A stretch of DNA of 64,000 bases from a virus. Taxonomy: Duplodnaviria > Caudoviricetes. The DNA lies in IMG/VR virus record IMGVR_UViG_3300025706_000022, positions 1-64,000 of that record. One strand, given 5' to 3'. The notes below the pieces were generated by a model. It ran no database searches. It was given only the letters and a program-made list of their open reading frames with translations, and was not told the DNA's origin. The position numbers were made by a program, and so were the translations under genes. Shown here one piece after another: positions 1 to 9,446 of the stretch. The stretch's first letter is position 1; every line of letters starts with the position of its first letter.

Positions 1-311
1 ATCGAACCACACACCTCCCACGCAATCGCTGCCTCTTTCCACCCAGATTGCTCGCTCTCACGCAACTTCATTAAATCCTCAGAACAGCATTTGTGCTCTT
101 CTGTTTTAATGCGTAGCGCAATTTCCACCCTCATAGTTTCAGCGGCGAGCTTCTGATTTAGCCCTCTAATCACTTCGTTGGTGTGCAAAGCCCATTCTTG
201 GCGCTCTTTAGCCAACTTATTTTGTTCAGCAATAAGGGCGTTTGCTGATGCAAGTTGTCGTGCCAGTTCTTTATTGTTAGCCTCTAGGCTATTCACATAT
301 AGGATATTCAT
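1..311 (-). CDS. Hypothetical coiled-coil protein, truncated by the window edge
   Basis: Manual translation from ATG 311 (RBS AAGGA) is open to position 1: MNILYVNSLEANNKELARQLASANALIAEQNKLAKERQEW... Confidence 0.6.
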   Translation of the reverse strand, partial: MNILYVNSLEANNKELARQLASANALIAEQNKLAKERQEWALHTNEVIRGLNQKLAAETMRVEIALRIKTEEHKCCSEDLMKLRESEQSGWKEAAIAWEVCGS

Positions 312-326
312 TTTATTTCCTTAAAG

Positions 327-773
327 TTATCTTAGTAGAACGAGCTTAACTTTTGCATCTTCAAAATATTTCTTACTAATCTTCATTGCAGCACTCCATT
401 TACTATGGGGCTCAAGAGACTCAGTATCAGGTGCCACCACTACCTTAATGCCTGCTTGAATAATAGCCAAAGCGCATTTAGGACATGGAAATAGGGTACA
501 ATACATTATAGTATCTAGTGTTGATACACCACGCCTAGCTGCATTGAAAATTGCATTCACTTCAGCATGCACTGTAGCATCAAGCTTCTCTTCTACACTC
601 ATTATCCTATACTTAGAGTCATCCGCACCCCTAACAAACCCATTGTACCCAAGCGATACCGGAGAGTCATCAGGAGTAGTAATATATGCTCCAACCTTTC
701 GTTGTGGGTCTTTAGACTTATTGCTAATGGCAACAGCAATAGCCATATTATCGGCTACTTTTACTGGATTCAT
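327..773 (-). CDS. dCMP (deoxycytidylate) deaminase
   Basis: Zn-deaminase motifs HAEVNA and PCPKC, plus the N-terminal SKDP..KVGA..GYNG pattern. Confidence 0.92.
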   Translation of the reverse strand: MNPVKVADNMAIAVAISNKSKDPQRKVGAYITTPDDSPVSLGYNGFVRGADDSKYRIMSVEEKLDATVHAEVNAIFNAARRGVSTLDTIMYCTLFPCPKCALAIIQAGIKVVVAPDTESLEPHSKWSAAMKISKKYFEDAKVKLVLLR

Positions 774-794
774 ACTTCGTCCTATAGTGATTGG

Positions 795-871
795 TGGCCT
801 GCCCTACAAGAATCGAACTTGTACTCTGTCGCTTAGAAGGCGACTGCTTTATCCGGTTAAGCTAAGGGCAG
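795..871 (-). tRNA. tRNA-Arg (anticodon TCT)
   Basis: Cloverleaf: acceptor CTGCCCT/AGGGCAG, anticodon arm GTCGC-CT TCT AA-GCGAC, T loop TTCGATT, encoded CCA. Confidence 0.95.
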
Positions 872-876
872 GGTGT

Positions 877-1338
877 TTATGTATCTAGCTGAAGCAACTG
901 CTTTCTAATCTCGATGGCTAATTCATTTGCTTCCTGTTCAGATTTACAGTGTTTCTTTATTTGTTTAGAGTTAAGTCGGAGGGATACTACCCAACATTTA
1001 TGATAATTACAGAAGTAATACCCCTTGCTGCTACTGTTATTTAATTGGTTAACTGACTGAGTTACTAATCTTAAGTTTTCTAATCTATTATCAAGTTTAT
1101 TTTGGTTAATATGATCAATTACCAAATCATCCGCTATTTCACCAAAAGTAAACAACCAAATGAGTCTGTGTGCCTGATAGAACTTACCATAAAGCCTAAT
1201 GTGTCTATACCCTCTAGAGTTAACAGTACCTGCAATGGTACCTGCTTTTGCAAGACCTCTACTAACTTTCCAAATTAAATTATTGCCATTATATATGAAA
1301 CTCTGGTGTAATACTTTATATAATGCAGCCTGCTCCAT
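877..1338 (-). CDS. Free-standing HNH homing endonuclease between two tRNA genes
   Basis: AHRLIW...IDHINQNKLDNRLENL motif. The true start is probably ATG 1338 (RBS AAGGAG); the track start at 1416 lies inside a tRNA. Confidence 0.88.
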   Translation of the reverse strand: MEQAALYKVLHQSFIYNGNNLIWKVSRGLAKAGTIAGTVNSRGYRHIRLYGKFYQAHRLIWLFTFGEIADDLVIDHINQNKLDNRLENLRLVTQSVNQLNNSSSKGYYFCNYHKCWVVSLRLNSKQIKKHCKSEQEANELAIEIRKQLLQLDT

Positions 1339-1356
1339 ATCTCTCCTTATAATTGA

Positions 1357-1430
1357 TAACCCAGGTTGGAATTGAACCAACGACCCTAGTCTTATGAGGA
1401 CTCCGCTGCTAACCACTGAGCTACTGGGTT
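1357..1430 (-). tRNA. tRNA with CAT anticodon, probably Ile2 (lysidine, reads AUA) rather than Met
   Basis: Acceptor AACCCAG/CTGGGTT, loop CT CAT AA, T arm GTTGG-TTCAATT-CCAAC. C4-G69 and C5-G68 are TilS-type determinants. 3' end is A-TCA (CCA not encoded). Confidence 0.85.
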
Positions 1431-1462
1431 ACTTTAACCACTAAGTTACTGCCCTATGATTC

Positions 1463-1711
1463 TTAGCTACCTTCCTTTGCCATCATAAGTTTATATTGCG
1501 TAAAATCAATTTGTTGCACAATCCACTTATACTTAATACCCTCTTTCCATACTGGATTATGGTCAGTACCTACTACCTCTCCAATACCAAAGTGATCACG
1601 AATTGGTACTACTACTTTTACACCTGCATTAAGTGGTAATGGGTACTTGTATGTATATGGCTTAGACCAATCACCATTAGTGCCGCGTAGCTTTACTTGA
1701 ATAGCGAACAT
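1463..1711 (-). CDS. Hypothetical protein
   Basis: ORF with RBS; YTY...G.KVVVP...GIGEV loosely resembles small SH3-like/PriA N-terminal folds. Confidence 0.55.
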   Translation of the reverse strand: MFAIQVKLRGTNGDWSKPYTYKYPLPLNAGVKVVVPIRDHFGIGEVVGTDHNPVWKEGIKYKWIVQQIDFTQYKLMMAKEGS

Positions 1712-1892
1712 ATAACCCTTCTAAATATGATAAAGTATTTCTTGCTTCTTTACCGTCCATGTTACCAGAGATATAACATTGGAGAGTATTCTTTGATATG
1801 TCTATAGCCTTCTCTAGTGCCTGAACATATCGAGTTCTACGAACAATCCAGATAATGAGTCTATCCATCTTCTTCCTCTGTATTCTCATCAA
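1677..1892 (-). CDS. Hypothetical protein
   Basis: Co-oriented ORF in a tightly packed gene run; likely start at the internal MDRL. Confidence 0.45.
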   Translation of the reverse strand: MMRIQRKKMDRLIIWIVRRTRYVQALEKAIDISKNTLQCYISGNMDGKEARNTLSYLEGLYVRYSSKATRH

Positions 1893-2127
1893 GATCAGAG
1901 AGTTTCTCTTTAATTTCTTTCTTGATTAGCTCCTGTACCTTATCACTCAGAAGCGCAGTGACGTCCCACCCTTCAAGGTAAACTTCATTAATCTCTACTT
2001 CACCACCTTCTTCTGGATGGCAGTTCTCAGGAGGACCACTGGTCTTTGCAGGGATAATAGGCTCGTATTCAAACTCAACTTTAAGATCTACATCCCAAAT
2101 AGTGATTTCTTTATTCGTCTGAATCAT
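1861..2127 (-). CDS. Acidic hypothetical protein
   Basis: ATGA overlap with the upstream gene; GPPENCHPEEGGEVEI motif of a small phage protein type. Confidence 0.6.
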   Translation of the reverse strand: MIQTNKEITIWDVDLKVEFEYEPIIPAKTSGPPENCHPEEGGEVEINEVYLEGWDVTALLSDKVQELIKKEIKEKLSDLDENTEEEDG

Positions 2128-2495
2128 TTTACCTCCAGAACAGCATGACGAACCCTATTACGAGTCACAAAACGAAGGATCTTGCGATAACCAACACTTT
2201 CATGCGCAACAACCTTACTTTCAGTAACCCAAGCAACTAACCCGTTAGTTGACATCATCGGGAATACTGCTACTTCTATCTGCTTAGGCTCTTCAGGCTT
2301 AAGGCGGTAGTCATAGGTGACCCAATCCCAATCACACCAATGGGCAAGATTCCACTCAGCCTCACCACGTTTACGATATTGAAGTACTTTATTATCACGC
2401 TCAAATCCAGCACGAATTGTGTAACGGCGGTCATCTTCAGCAGATCTCATTTTATTGCTCCTTATTAACAGGTTGTTTATACATATACATTTCAT
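2124..2495 (-). CDS. Hypothetical protein
   Basis: Co-oriented ORF; probable start at the internal MRSAEDD. Confidence 0.55.
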   Translation of the reverse strand: MKCICINNLLIRSNKMRSAEDDRRYTIRAGFERDNKVLQYRKRGEAEWNLAHWCDWDWVTYDYRLKPEEPKQIEVAVFPMMSTNGLVAWVTESKVVAHESVGYRKILRFVTRNRVRHAVLEVK

Positions 2496-2847
2496 TAGGT
2501 GTTACTACGCTACCAGGACGAGATATCCCTGCTCTATCATCATTGAATACACCATTTAACTGACCATCTAGTATAATAGCGGCACCAGCCATGAGGTGGG
2601 CCAGATGGTGCACACCACTATCAGGCGCATAGTCTTCACCACTATACCAAGCTATAATATGCCGCATCATCGCATCATAGAAAGTTGAAGCCTTAACCTC
2701 AGTACCCCTCCAATTAAAGCGGCCATACTTGTCTGCCCCATTAGCCATTGCAGCACCTAAGGCCATAACTGCAATTGGTGGTATAGCTGCTGTAGTTGGC
2801 TTACCAATTGCTGCAGTCTCTTTGACATTAACTGTTGTGTTAACCAT
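2452..2847 (-). CDS. dATP/dGTP diphosphohydrolase-domain protein (DUF5664-like)
   Basis: K...IPP.A..ALG.AM..GA.KYG..NWR...YDA.MRH...W..GED...DSG.HHLAH pattern. Confidence 0.85.
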   Translation of the reverse strand: MVNTTVNVKETAAIGKPTTAAIPPIAVMALGAAMANGADKYGRFNWRGTEVKASTFYDAMMRHIIAWYSGEDYAPDSGVHHLAHLMAGAAIILDGQLNGVFNDDRAGISRPGSVVTPNEMYMYKQPVNKEQ

Positions 2848-3331
2848 TATTCACCTCATTCTTTCTATATTTAGTCATTGCAGCTTTTGCATCCTCTATG
2901 TTTACAAATTCGCCTAACCTGATTTGAACTCCATTTCCAGCATAGGCCTCTGCTCGCCACTTCTTATTATTTGCATGCCAATATACTCCTTTCATTCCTG
3001 AAGTATTGTTACTATACTCTCCTTTATTCATTAAGTTTTCTTGCTTAACACAGATTCTTAAGTTTTCAATTACGTCATTACTTCTATTCCTGTCAATATG
3101 GTCTATTTCTAAATTTTCGTCTAACGATCCAAAATGCATAACCCAAATAATTCTTGCCACATAGTAACATTTTCCCTTAAATTTAACTTGCCTATAACCA
3201 TTACTATTTTTATATGTTACCACATCTCCAATGCTAACTGCAGGGCAGGGATAAATTTTCCAAATAAGAAAGCCATCTTTGTATATAAATATGTTATGCC
3301 AGTCTTGGTTATAGTTGAGTTTAACAGCCAC
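2840..3331 (-). CDS. HNH endonuclease with AP2-like C-terminal DNA-binding domain
   Basis: EIDHIDRNRSNDVIENL, followed by NNTSGMKGVYW...KWRA...LGEF...EDA. Confidence 0.9.
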   Translation of the reverse strand: MAVKLNYNQDWHNIFIYKDGFLIWKIYPCPAVSIGDVVTYKNSNGYRQVKFKGKCYYVARIIWVMHFGSLDENLEIDHIDRNRSNDVIENLRICVKQENLMNKGEYSNNTSGMKGVYWHANNKKWRAEAYAGNGVQIRLGEFVNIEDAKAAMTKYRKNEVNNG

Positions 3332-3344
3332 CTATTACCTCCTT

Positions 3345-3373
3345 AGTAGGGCCACCCTAAGGCAGCCCTATTC
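3345..3373 (-). terminator. GC hairpin followed by CCTACT
   Basis: Minus strand ATAGGGCTGCC-TTAG-GGTGGCCCTACT, intergenic. Confidence 0.55.
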
Positions 3374-3376
3374 AGA

Positions 3377-3775
3377 TTACATCGATTCAACCAGCTTAGA
3401 CAGCTCATCGATAGACATTGCAGACAAGGCTTGATCTTGCTTCTGATCAATAATAGCCATGATCTTTTGCTTCTTCTCACGAGTCTCACGCTCAATACGG
3501 ATAGCATTAGCCTCATTGATCTTCACACTAATGATATACTTAACCAACTCAAATGCAAGCTTGGTATCATCATTGTTAGTAGTCACCGGAGTAACAAAAG
3601 AGACTTCTTCAGTCTCCTTAAGCTCATTGTGTAGATTACGAGCCACACTGTCAAGACATGCCTTACCTGCAGTAGAGACAAGCGGCAAGTCCCACAAGTC
3701 TTCAACAGTGAGCATACCCTTAGTAGTATCAAAACGGATCTTCTTACGGCTTGCCAATTCAAACATTTGTTCCAT
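3377..3775 (-). CDS. Conserved phage hypothetical protein, partner of the upstream 681-aa gene
   Basis: MFELASRKKIRF.T.KG.LTVEDLWDLPL N-terminus; start ATG 3775 with RBS. Confidence 0.7.
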   Translation of the reverse strand: MEQMFELASRKKIRFDTTKGMLTVEDLWDLPLVSTAGKACLDSVARNLHNELKETEEVSFVTPVTTNNDDTKLAFELVKYIISVKINEANAIRIERETREKKQKIMAIIDQKQDQALSAMSIDELSKLVESM

Positions 3776-3785
3776 GATATTTTCC

Positions 3786-5831
3786 TTAGAAAAGAATTTT
3801 AACAACACGAGTAAAACTACCACTAATACGACAGATCAGGCTATTACGCTGAGTACTAGAGAAGCCAAGACCACTAAGCTGGCGGTCTGACTCTTCAGTG
3901 CTCATCTTACTACCAACCATTTCCAACACCTTGCGGTGCTGATCAAGGTCTGGCTTAAGAAACTCGTTGAGGAAACCACGAGCCTTATCCTTATTGATAC
4001 AACCATTGATCATAAAGAAGTAGTGCTTATTACCCACCTTGTAGTCATCCCAGAAGTTAGGGGACAACATAATAGAGCTTACTTCTTGGAAGGTATTAGT
4101 AGGAATACCCCATGCATCACGGGAGGAAACACTTGCTTCAATCAATGGCTTAATCATCACATCGGTCTTACCATCAATCTTAGTTACAGCAATCTCTGCT
4201 ACAGCGATGTAACCACCTTGAGGTACAGCCTTATCATAAACAAGATGATAAATCTTACCAAGGACTTCTATTTCAACTTCAAAACCTACACCCTGAGAAC
4301 GCTTATTGAAGTTATTCACACGCAGTGTATAGATACCTGACCGCATAGTCTTAATTTTTTCGTAGAAGATGTTCTCTACAGGATGCTCCATCATACCATT
4401 GACGCCATTTGCATCTACATCAAGCATACCGCCATTAGGGGATTTACTACCACGATATGATGCGTAGTTAATACGACGACTACCTGGCTCTTGCATATGA
4501 AAATCAAGGTCATCTTTATATTCCCAAGCAAGGCGACAGCACACATCACCAGTTACATTACCACCTGCTTGTTTAACTCGTTCCTTGATTGAATCAGCAA
4601 AGCCACCGTTATATGACCAGGAAAACTTATTAGGCCACTTGAATAGATCAGGGGCAGTCGAATTCTTGGCGGTAATAAGACTAACCAAGTTACCTTGATG
4701 TGCGTTATCAATCATTACCTCCACCTTCTTTGCAGAGGGTAGGATATGTTCAATAAACTGATCAATTGTTACTTCATCAACTTTAGACAGTGACTTAGGC
4801 GCTTTGTTACCTGCCTCATTCAGCATACTATCAAACACATCAGTACTAAGATGCTTTACTGAACGATCTGCAAACAGAATATTGTTCACAGTAATATCGT
4901 TAATTGTTGCATAACGACGCTCTAGAGCAGAAACAAGACCTAGCTCTTCAAGCGTCTCTTTTGCCTTCTTAATCATTGATGCAGTTACAAGAGCAGTAGG
5001 TCGCTTATAATTAGCTGGTGCAACCTTTACTTCGTACTTCTTTACAGCGTCTTCAAGAGGTACATTCTCAGAGAGGTCTACTAGCAGAGTACCAATTACA
5101 CTATTACGAATACGAGCTACTGCAGAATTGGCAGTAAGCACTCGTTCCCATACAAATAGTTTAACATCCACACTATCTTGCTCAGCATATTGCTCAGCAT
5201 CAAGATATGCACATTTAAGGTTATAAAACTCCCTTACATTATGCAAATGCTCTGCACCACGATATAGAGTGTTTTGTGTAATGAGTTCCATTACAGTTTC
5301 AAGTGCATCTTCAGTGATACTATTTAATGCACGATACATCAAGTCAAAAGTAGACCGATGCTCACCCAGTTTAGAGTCAATCATGCCTTTACTACAGAAA
5401 TGCTTACCTAGAATATGTACAAAGAAGTGCTCCCAAGTAGCAATACCACCATTAACAAATGATTCAAATGACCTATTGGCACCAGCAGTCCTCTCAGTAT
5501 GCAAGAAGACATTTGAGATTTCACTGCTCTTAACAAGGGCAGACAACGCATCTGCAACTACTTGATAGCCACCCTCAGCCTGCACATCCCAAATACTAAC
5601 TACTTTACCATCAATAATTGCTACAGCACCACCAATAGCTCTAATGAATTGTTTACAACAGTTACAATCATGTTCTGTACGCTGACGATAAAGAGGGTTA
5701 GTACCTTCTGGGAATGAGCCAAGATAAGTATCCCATAATGCATCCTTAGATACAGCTACACGGAACATAGGATAGTCGCTCATACGGCCAAATTGGACTG
5801 CAACAGCTTGTTTAAAATCAATAAAGTTCAT
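3786..5831 (-). CDS. Large conserved phage protein with N-terminal HDCxCC motif and C-terminal YfaP/DUF2135-like beta domain
   Basis: RTEHDCNCCKQF; DDLDFHMQEP...LDVDANG...VENIFY...G.YTLRVNNF. Confidence 0.6.
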   Translation of the reverse strand: MNFIDFKQAVAVQFGRMSDYPMFRVAVSKDALWDTYLGSFPEGTNPLYRQRTEHDCNCCKQFIRAIGGAVAIIDGKVVSIWDVQAEGGYQVVADALSALVKSSEISNVFLHTERTAGANRSFESFVNGGIATWEHFFVHILGKHFCSKGMIDSKLGEHRSTFDLMYRALNSITEDALETVMELITQNTLYRGAEHLHNVREFYNLKCAYLDAEQYAEQDSVDVKLFVWERVLTANSAVARIRNSVIGTLLVDLSENVPLEDAVKKYEVKVAPANYKRPTALVTASMIKKAKETLEELGLVSALERRYATINDITVNNILFADRSVKHLSTDVFDSMLNEAGNKAPKSLSKVDEVTIDQFIEHILPSAKKVEVMIDNAHQGNLVSLITAKNSTAPDLFKWPNKFSWSYNGGFADSIKERVKQAGGNVTGDVCCRLAWEYKDDLDFHMQEPGSRRINYASYRGSKSPNGGMLDVDANGVNGMMEHPVENIFYEKIKTMRSGIYTLRVNNFNKRSQGVGFEVEIEVLGKIYHLVYDKAVPQGGYIAVAEIAVTKIDGKTDVMIKPLIEASVSSRDAWGIPTNTFQEVSSIMLSPNFWDDYKVGNKHYFFMINGCINKDKARGFLNEFLKPDLDQHRKVLEMVGSKMSTEESDRQLSGLGFSSTQRNSLICRISGSFTRVVKILF

Positions 5832-6287
5832 TTGTAATCTCCAGGAAAATACGAAATAGCACGATCAAAGTAATACTTACCGTCTACACCTAAAGCATAA
5901 ACATCATCTGGTGAATGATGCATTATTGCCTCATTTATCATTTATGTTGAGGAGCTACTTGTACAGGGCAACCAAACATCTGGATGGTAGTCATTTTCTA
6001 AGCTCCTTAATTGTATCCTCAACTAACCCATCGAACTGCTTTCTAGTATCATTCGATCTATTCTGTTGCTTTATCGACTCACTATCTGCTTGTTGCCAGT
6101 ATGTCTGCCCTAATTGCCATGCCTTATTAAGAGTAATTCTTAATTCATCCTCAGTAATCATTTTGTTTCCTTAAACTTAGAGCATACATAAATCGGTTTG
6201 TACCTAAACATGTAACACCAGCCATTAGCAGGTACTACATTATAATCACATCTCTTACACTTCTCTTCATCTAGACGCTCAGGTACG

Positions 6288-8258
6288 CTAATGGGTTTCC
6301 ATCCAACTGTAACCATGTTTTGCTTCTCCATCAGTGATCATAACATTAAACTCTTCAGCAGCATGCTTGAATGCCCAGTGAGCAATCTCTTTAGCCTTAT
6401 CAATAGTTTCAGGCGTATCCTTAACTAAGAATTGACACTCATCATGATAAATAGTAAGTGGTTGCCACCAGATGCCCTCATCATTAAGCCTCTTACACAT
6501 ATGATAAATAGCAGACTTCACAGTAACACTCTCAAACCGTTGCAGAAGGTAGTTCAATACCTTATGGAAAGAATCACTATAAATCTTACTACCATCAATA
6601 CCATAAATATAACCAAAGCCAGTATCACGCTTAGTAGATGCAAATACATTCTCAAGCTTCTTATTAAGTTCAGCCAAACCAACTACCTTCTCAGCAAACT
6701 TAGCCTTAATCTTAGCACCAAGAGTAGCATCACGCTTACCAGTGATATATAGCGCTGCTTTCTCTGCACCTACACCAAATAGGTATGCGTAAATAAATGT
6801 TTTAGCCTGTTTACGAGTTACTATAATATCATACCCAAGATCCTTCATTACAGCTGTAAGAGCATCAGCATTAGCTTGGTGAATATCACCATCAAGCACT
6901 AGATCAGTAAACTCTTGATTACCAAGATGATGACAGAATGCTCTCATCTGATTACCACTAGAATCACAGCCAATAATTACTGTGCCTGGGTCTGCTCTAA
7001 ACAGGTCTCTAACTCGTGCACCCCATGCATTATCTACCCCTGGTACATTGGCAATAGTCTTATGGGTCATGCGTCCAGTGGGTGTACCAAAATTCATTGC
7101 ACCACCATGAACTCTAGAGTTTTCATCACACGCTTCAATCCAACCCTTAAGAATATTGGCTCTTGAGTTAGTAGTCAAGTACTCATCGTATTGAACCCCT
7201 AGTGGACCTAGTAACTCTAACGATGATGAGCTAATTTTAGGAGAGACAATCTCCATTTTCTTAGTCTCTTCATTCCGTTTAAAGTTCCAATCATCAGGTT
7301 CCCATCCGATAGAGTATAACCAATGTTTAGCATCATCAGGGCTACTAAGTATGCGTCTATGGAACTCTACCCTACAATACGGCCCTTCTACTAAGCACCC
7401 TGAATACAGTCCGTTCTCAACTGGCACATTAAACCAATTAGCGAGATGTTGATGATAGTATCCTTTTACAGTCCACTTAGGGTACTTAGTCTCACCGACT
7501 GCAGTCCTAGACTGAAGACTGTCCATATCATGACCAGCAACCCTACTAATTTCTTTCGCAGGATCTTCTGCAAACGGTACATTAGATAAAAAGCTTTCAG
7601 TGTTAATACGATCTTTGATTATTACTTTAAGCCCCATTATTGGTTCAATGGTAGACTCTAACGCTCTTAGATCTACTTCCATTCTGGCAAGAAGATGTAT
7701 GGCTTGATCTTTATCGAATAGCCAACCCTTAAGCTCTGCCTCTGCCATGAATCTGGCTGATGCATGCTCATTGCGAATGCTAAGTTTGAGCATTGGGTTT
7801 TTAGCAGCTTCTTTTGTAAACTCATTGATAAGATACTTATATACTTTATGCCCCACATTAACGTCTTGAATACAATAAGTGATCATTTCCTCAGATAACT
7901 GTGACCAGTCGTTAAATTCAACCTTGAGGTCACCAAGAGCTTGGGACCAAACTTCTAACCCATGCCCTTTATACCCAAATCTCCTAAACTTCATCATTTG
8001 TGAAAATAACAGTGTATCATGCAAGGCTGTATTTACATTAGGGGACCAATTAAATAACTTCTTAAGAATATTCAGGTCAAAATTGATAAGATTATGCGCA
8101 GCGATTACTTTTGCATTATTAAGGTACTCTTTCCAAGATAAATCACCATCCTTAAATACCCTTATCTCACCTGAGTCCATATCCTTAGTAACCATAACCC
8201 ACATTTTTGTTGCAGTCTGAAGTAACCCATTTGTTTCTGTATCTAGGTAAATCCTCAT
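6288..8258 (-). CDS. polA: Family A (T7 gp5-like) DNA polymerase with 3'-5' exonuclease domain
   Basis: ExoI LDTET, AHNLINFD, YCIQDV; GTPTGR; motif A GCDSSGNQMR; motif B RKQAKTFIYAYLFG; motif C YHDE. Confidence 0.96.
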   Translation of the reverse strand: MRIYLDTETNGLLQTATKMWVMVTKDMDSGEIRVFKDGDLSWKEYLNNAKVIAAHNLINFDLNILKKLFNWSPNVNTALHDTLLFSQMMKFRRFGYKGHGLEVWSQALGDLKVEFNDWSQLSEEMITYCIQDVNVGHKVYKYLINEFTKEAAKNPMLKLSIRNEHASARFMAEAELKGWLFDKDQAIHLLARMEVDLRALESTIEPIMGLKVIIKDRINTESFLSNVPFAEDPAKEISRVAGHDMDSLQSRTAVGETKYPKWTVKGYYHQHLANWFNVPVENGLYSGCLVEGPYCRVEFHRRILSSPDDAKHWLYSIGWEPDDWNFKRNEETKKMEIVSPKISSSSLELLGPLGVQYDEYLTTNSRANILKGWIEACDENSRVHGGAMNFGTPTGRMTHKTIANVPGVDNAWGARVRDLFRADPGTVIIGCDSSGNQMRAFCHHLGNQEFTDLVLDGDIHQANADALTAVMKDLGYDIIVTRKQAKTFIYAYLFGVGAEKAALYITGKRDATLGAKIKAKFAEKVVGLAELNKKLENVFASTKRDTGFGYIYGIDGSKIYSDSFHKVLNYLLQRFESVTVKSAIYHMCKRLNDEGIWWQPLTIYHDECQFLVKDTPETIDKAKEIAHWAFKHAAEEFNVMITDGEAKHGYSWMETH

Positions 8259-8938
8259 GGTAAGTGCCTATAATTTTTATACGTAACAATATTCCAGATA
8301 GTGCCACGCTTGCAACCATATTGGCTACCTATCTGGTCGTTAGTTAGCCCCTCTTTTGAAAGTTTACGAATATTGGCGATATCCTCATTAGAGAACATTA
8401 CTTTTCCAACCCCTACCTTACTAACTTCAGAGGCTATACTATTGTCAGTTTTACTTATAAGCAGTTGATCTCTTTTGTTAATTGCTTCTTCAATGGTATA
8501 GGCAGTTGCATAAGCTTTTTTACCATTAACTATTATTTGTACCTTAAATGCTTGATGGTAATCGCTCCAATGAATATTTCTTTCGCCTAATTGATTATCT
8601 ACACGCGGAGCTATTTGGTTTTGTAGATTTATACTACTGGATACTTCACGCAAGTTCTCAATTCGGTTATCAGTTTTATTTCTATCAATATGGTCTATTT
8701 GCTTTCCAGGAGTAAGATTATTGTTAAACATGATCCATACTAGCTGATGAGTATACCAGAGTACCTTATCTATTCTAATACCGTAGTACCCATTAGCATT
8801 CATGAACCCTGCTTTTGCCCCCTTTCTGGCTAATGAAGAAACATTATAACGATAAAATAACTCACCACCCCTATACTCAAACCTCTCTAAGAGGAGCTCT
8901 CGTGTAGGGTGGGTTTCTTTAGAGAAGTTTGACATCAC
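8255..8938 (-). CDS. Free-standing HNH endonuclease abutting the DNA polymerase gene
   Basis: QIDHIDRNKTDNRIENL, AP2-like segment, C-terminal HTH-like module; stop overlaps the pol start. Confidence 0.9.
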   Translation of the reverse strand: MMSNFSKETHPTRELLLERFEYRGGELFYRYNVSSLARKGAKAGFMNANGYYGIRIDKVLWYTHQLVWIMFNNNLTPGKQIDHIDRNKTDNRIENLREVSSSINLQNQIAPRVDNQLGERNIHWSDYHQAFKVQIIVNGKKAYATAYTIEEAINKRDQLLISKTDNSIASEVSKVGVGKVMFSNEDIANIRKLSKEGLTNDQIGSQYGCKRGTIWNIVTYKNYRHLP

Positions 8939-8946
8939 ATTCCTTT

Positions 8947-9174
8947 CTATTGAATTTTTAGCAGGTACTTTGGAATTAGCACTTTAGTATTTCCCCTTGC
9001 TACTCTACGACATTGAACTACTTTAGTCGATTTATTCACAATATGAATGTAGTTGTTAGGCAACATAAGGATTTCATATGCGTCTACTAACCATTCCTGT
9101 ATAGCTTTCACTACTAATTTCTTAGATGGCAAGTGAAATTCTACATATGCTTCGTCAGGAACACTAATTATCAT
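8947..9174 (-). CDS. Hypothetical protein
   Basis: Co-oriented ORF with tight packing. Confidence 0.55.
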   Translation of the reverse strand: MIISVPDEAYVEFHLPSKKLVVKAIQEWLVDAYEILMLPNNYIHIVNKSTKVVQCRRVARGNTKVLIPKYLLKIQ

Positions 9175-9175
9175 G

Positions 9176-9445
9176 CTAGTCCTTTTTCATAGTAATTTCT
9201 GCTTCAGTAAAGGGATCCCATTTATTTTCGGGTTTACCTAGCCATTGGTCACGCTCACGAGCAGTAATCCAGCCATCACGGGCATCATTATTCATTATTC
9301 TCAATACTTCAGTATTGGGGTTATCTCCTTTGTACACAATAATAAATGAGTTATCAAAGTCAATATTATGTAACTCTTCCCAACGAGTGAATGTGTCTTT
9401 ACGGACTCCTGTAACCCAGTCCATCTCCTCGTAGATATACTTCAT
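9176..9445 (-). CDS. Hypothetical protein
   Basis: Co-oriented ORF with tight packing and RBS. Confidence 0.55.
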   Translation of the reverse strand: MKYIYEEMDWVTGVRKDTFTRWEELHNIDFDNSFIIVYKGDNPNTEVLRIMNNDARDGWITARERDQWLGKPENKWDPFTEAEITMKKD

Positions 9446-9446
9446 C

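Noticed and set aside
6288-8938. Possible intron or intein in the DNA polymerase, suggested by the adjacent HNH
   Set aside because: The polymerase is continuous from ExoI to motif C; no group I core or intein motifs seen; the HNH is free-standing
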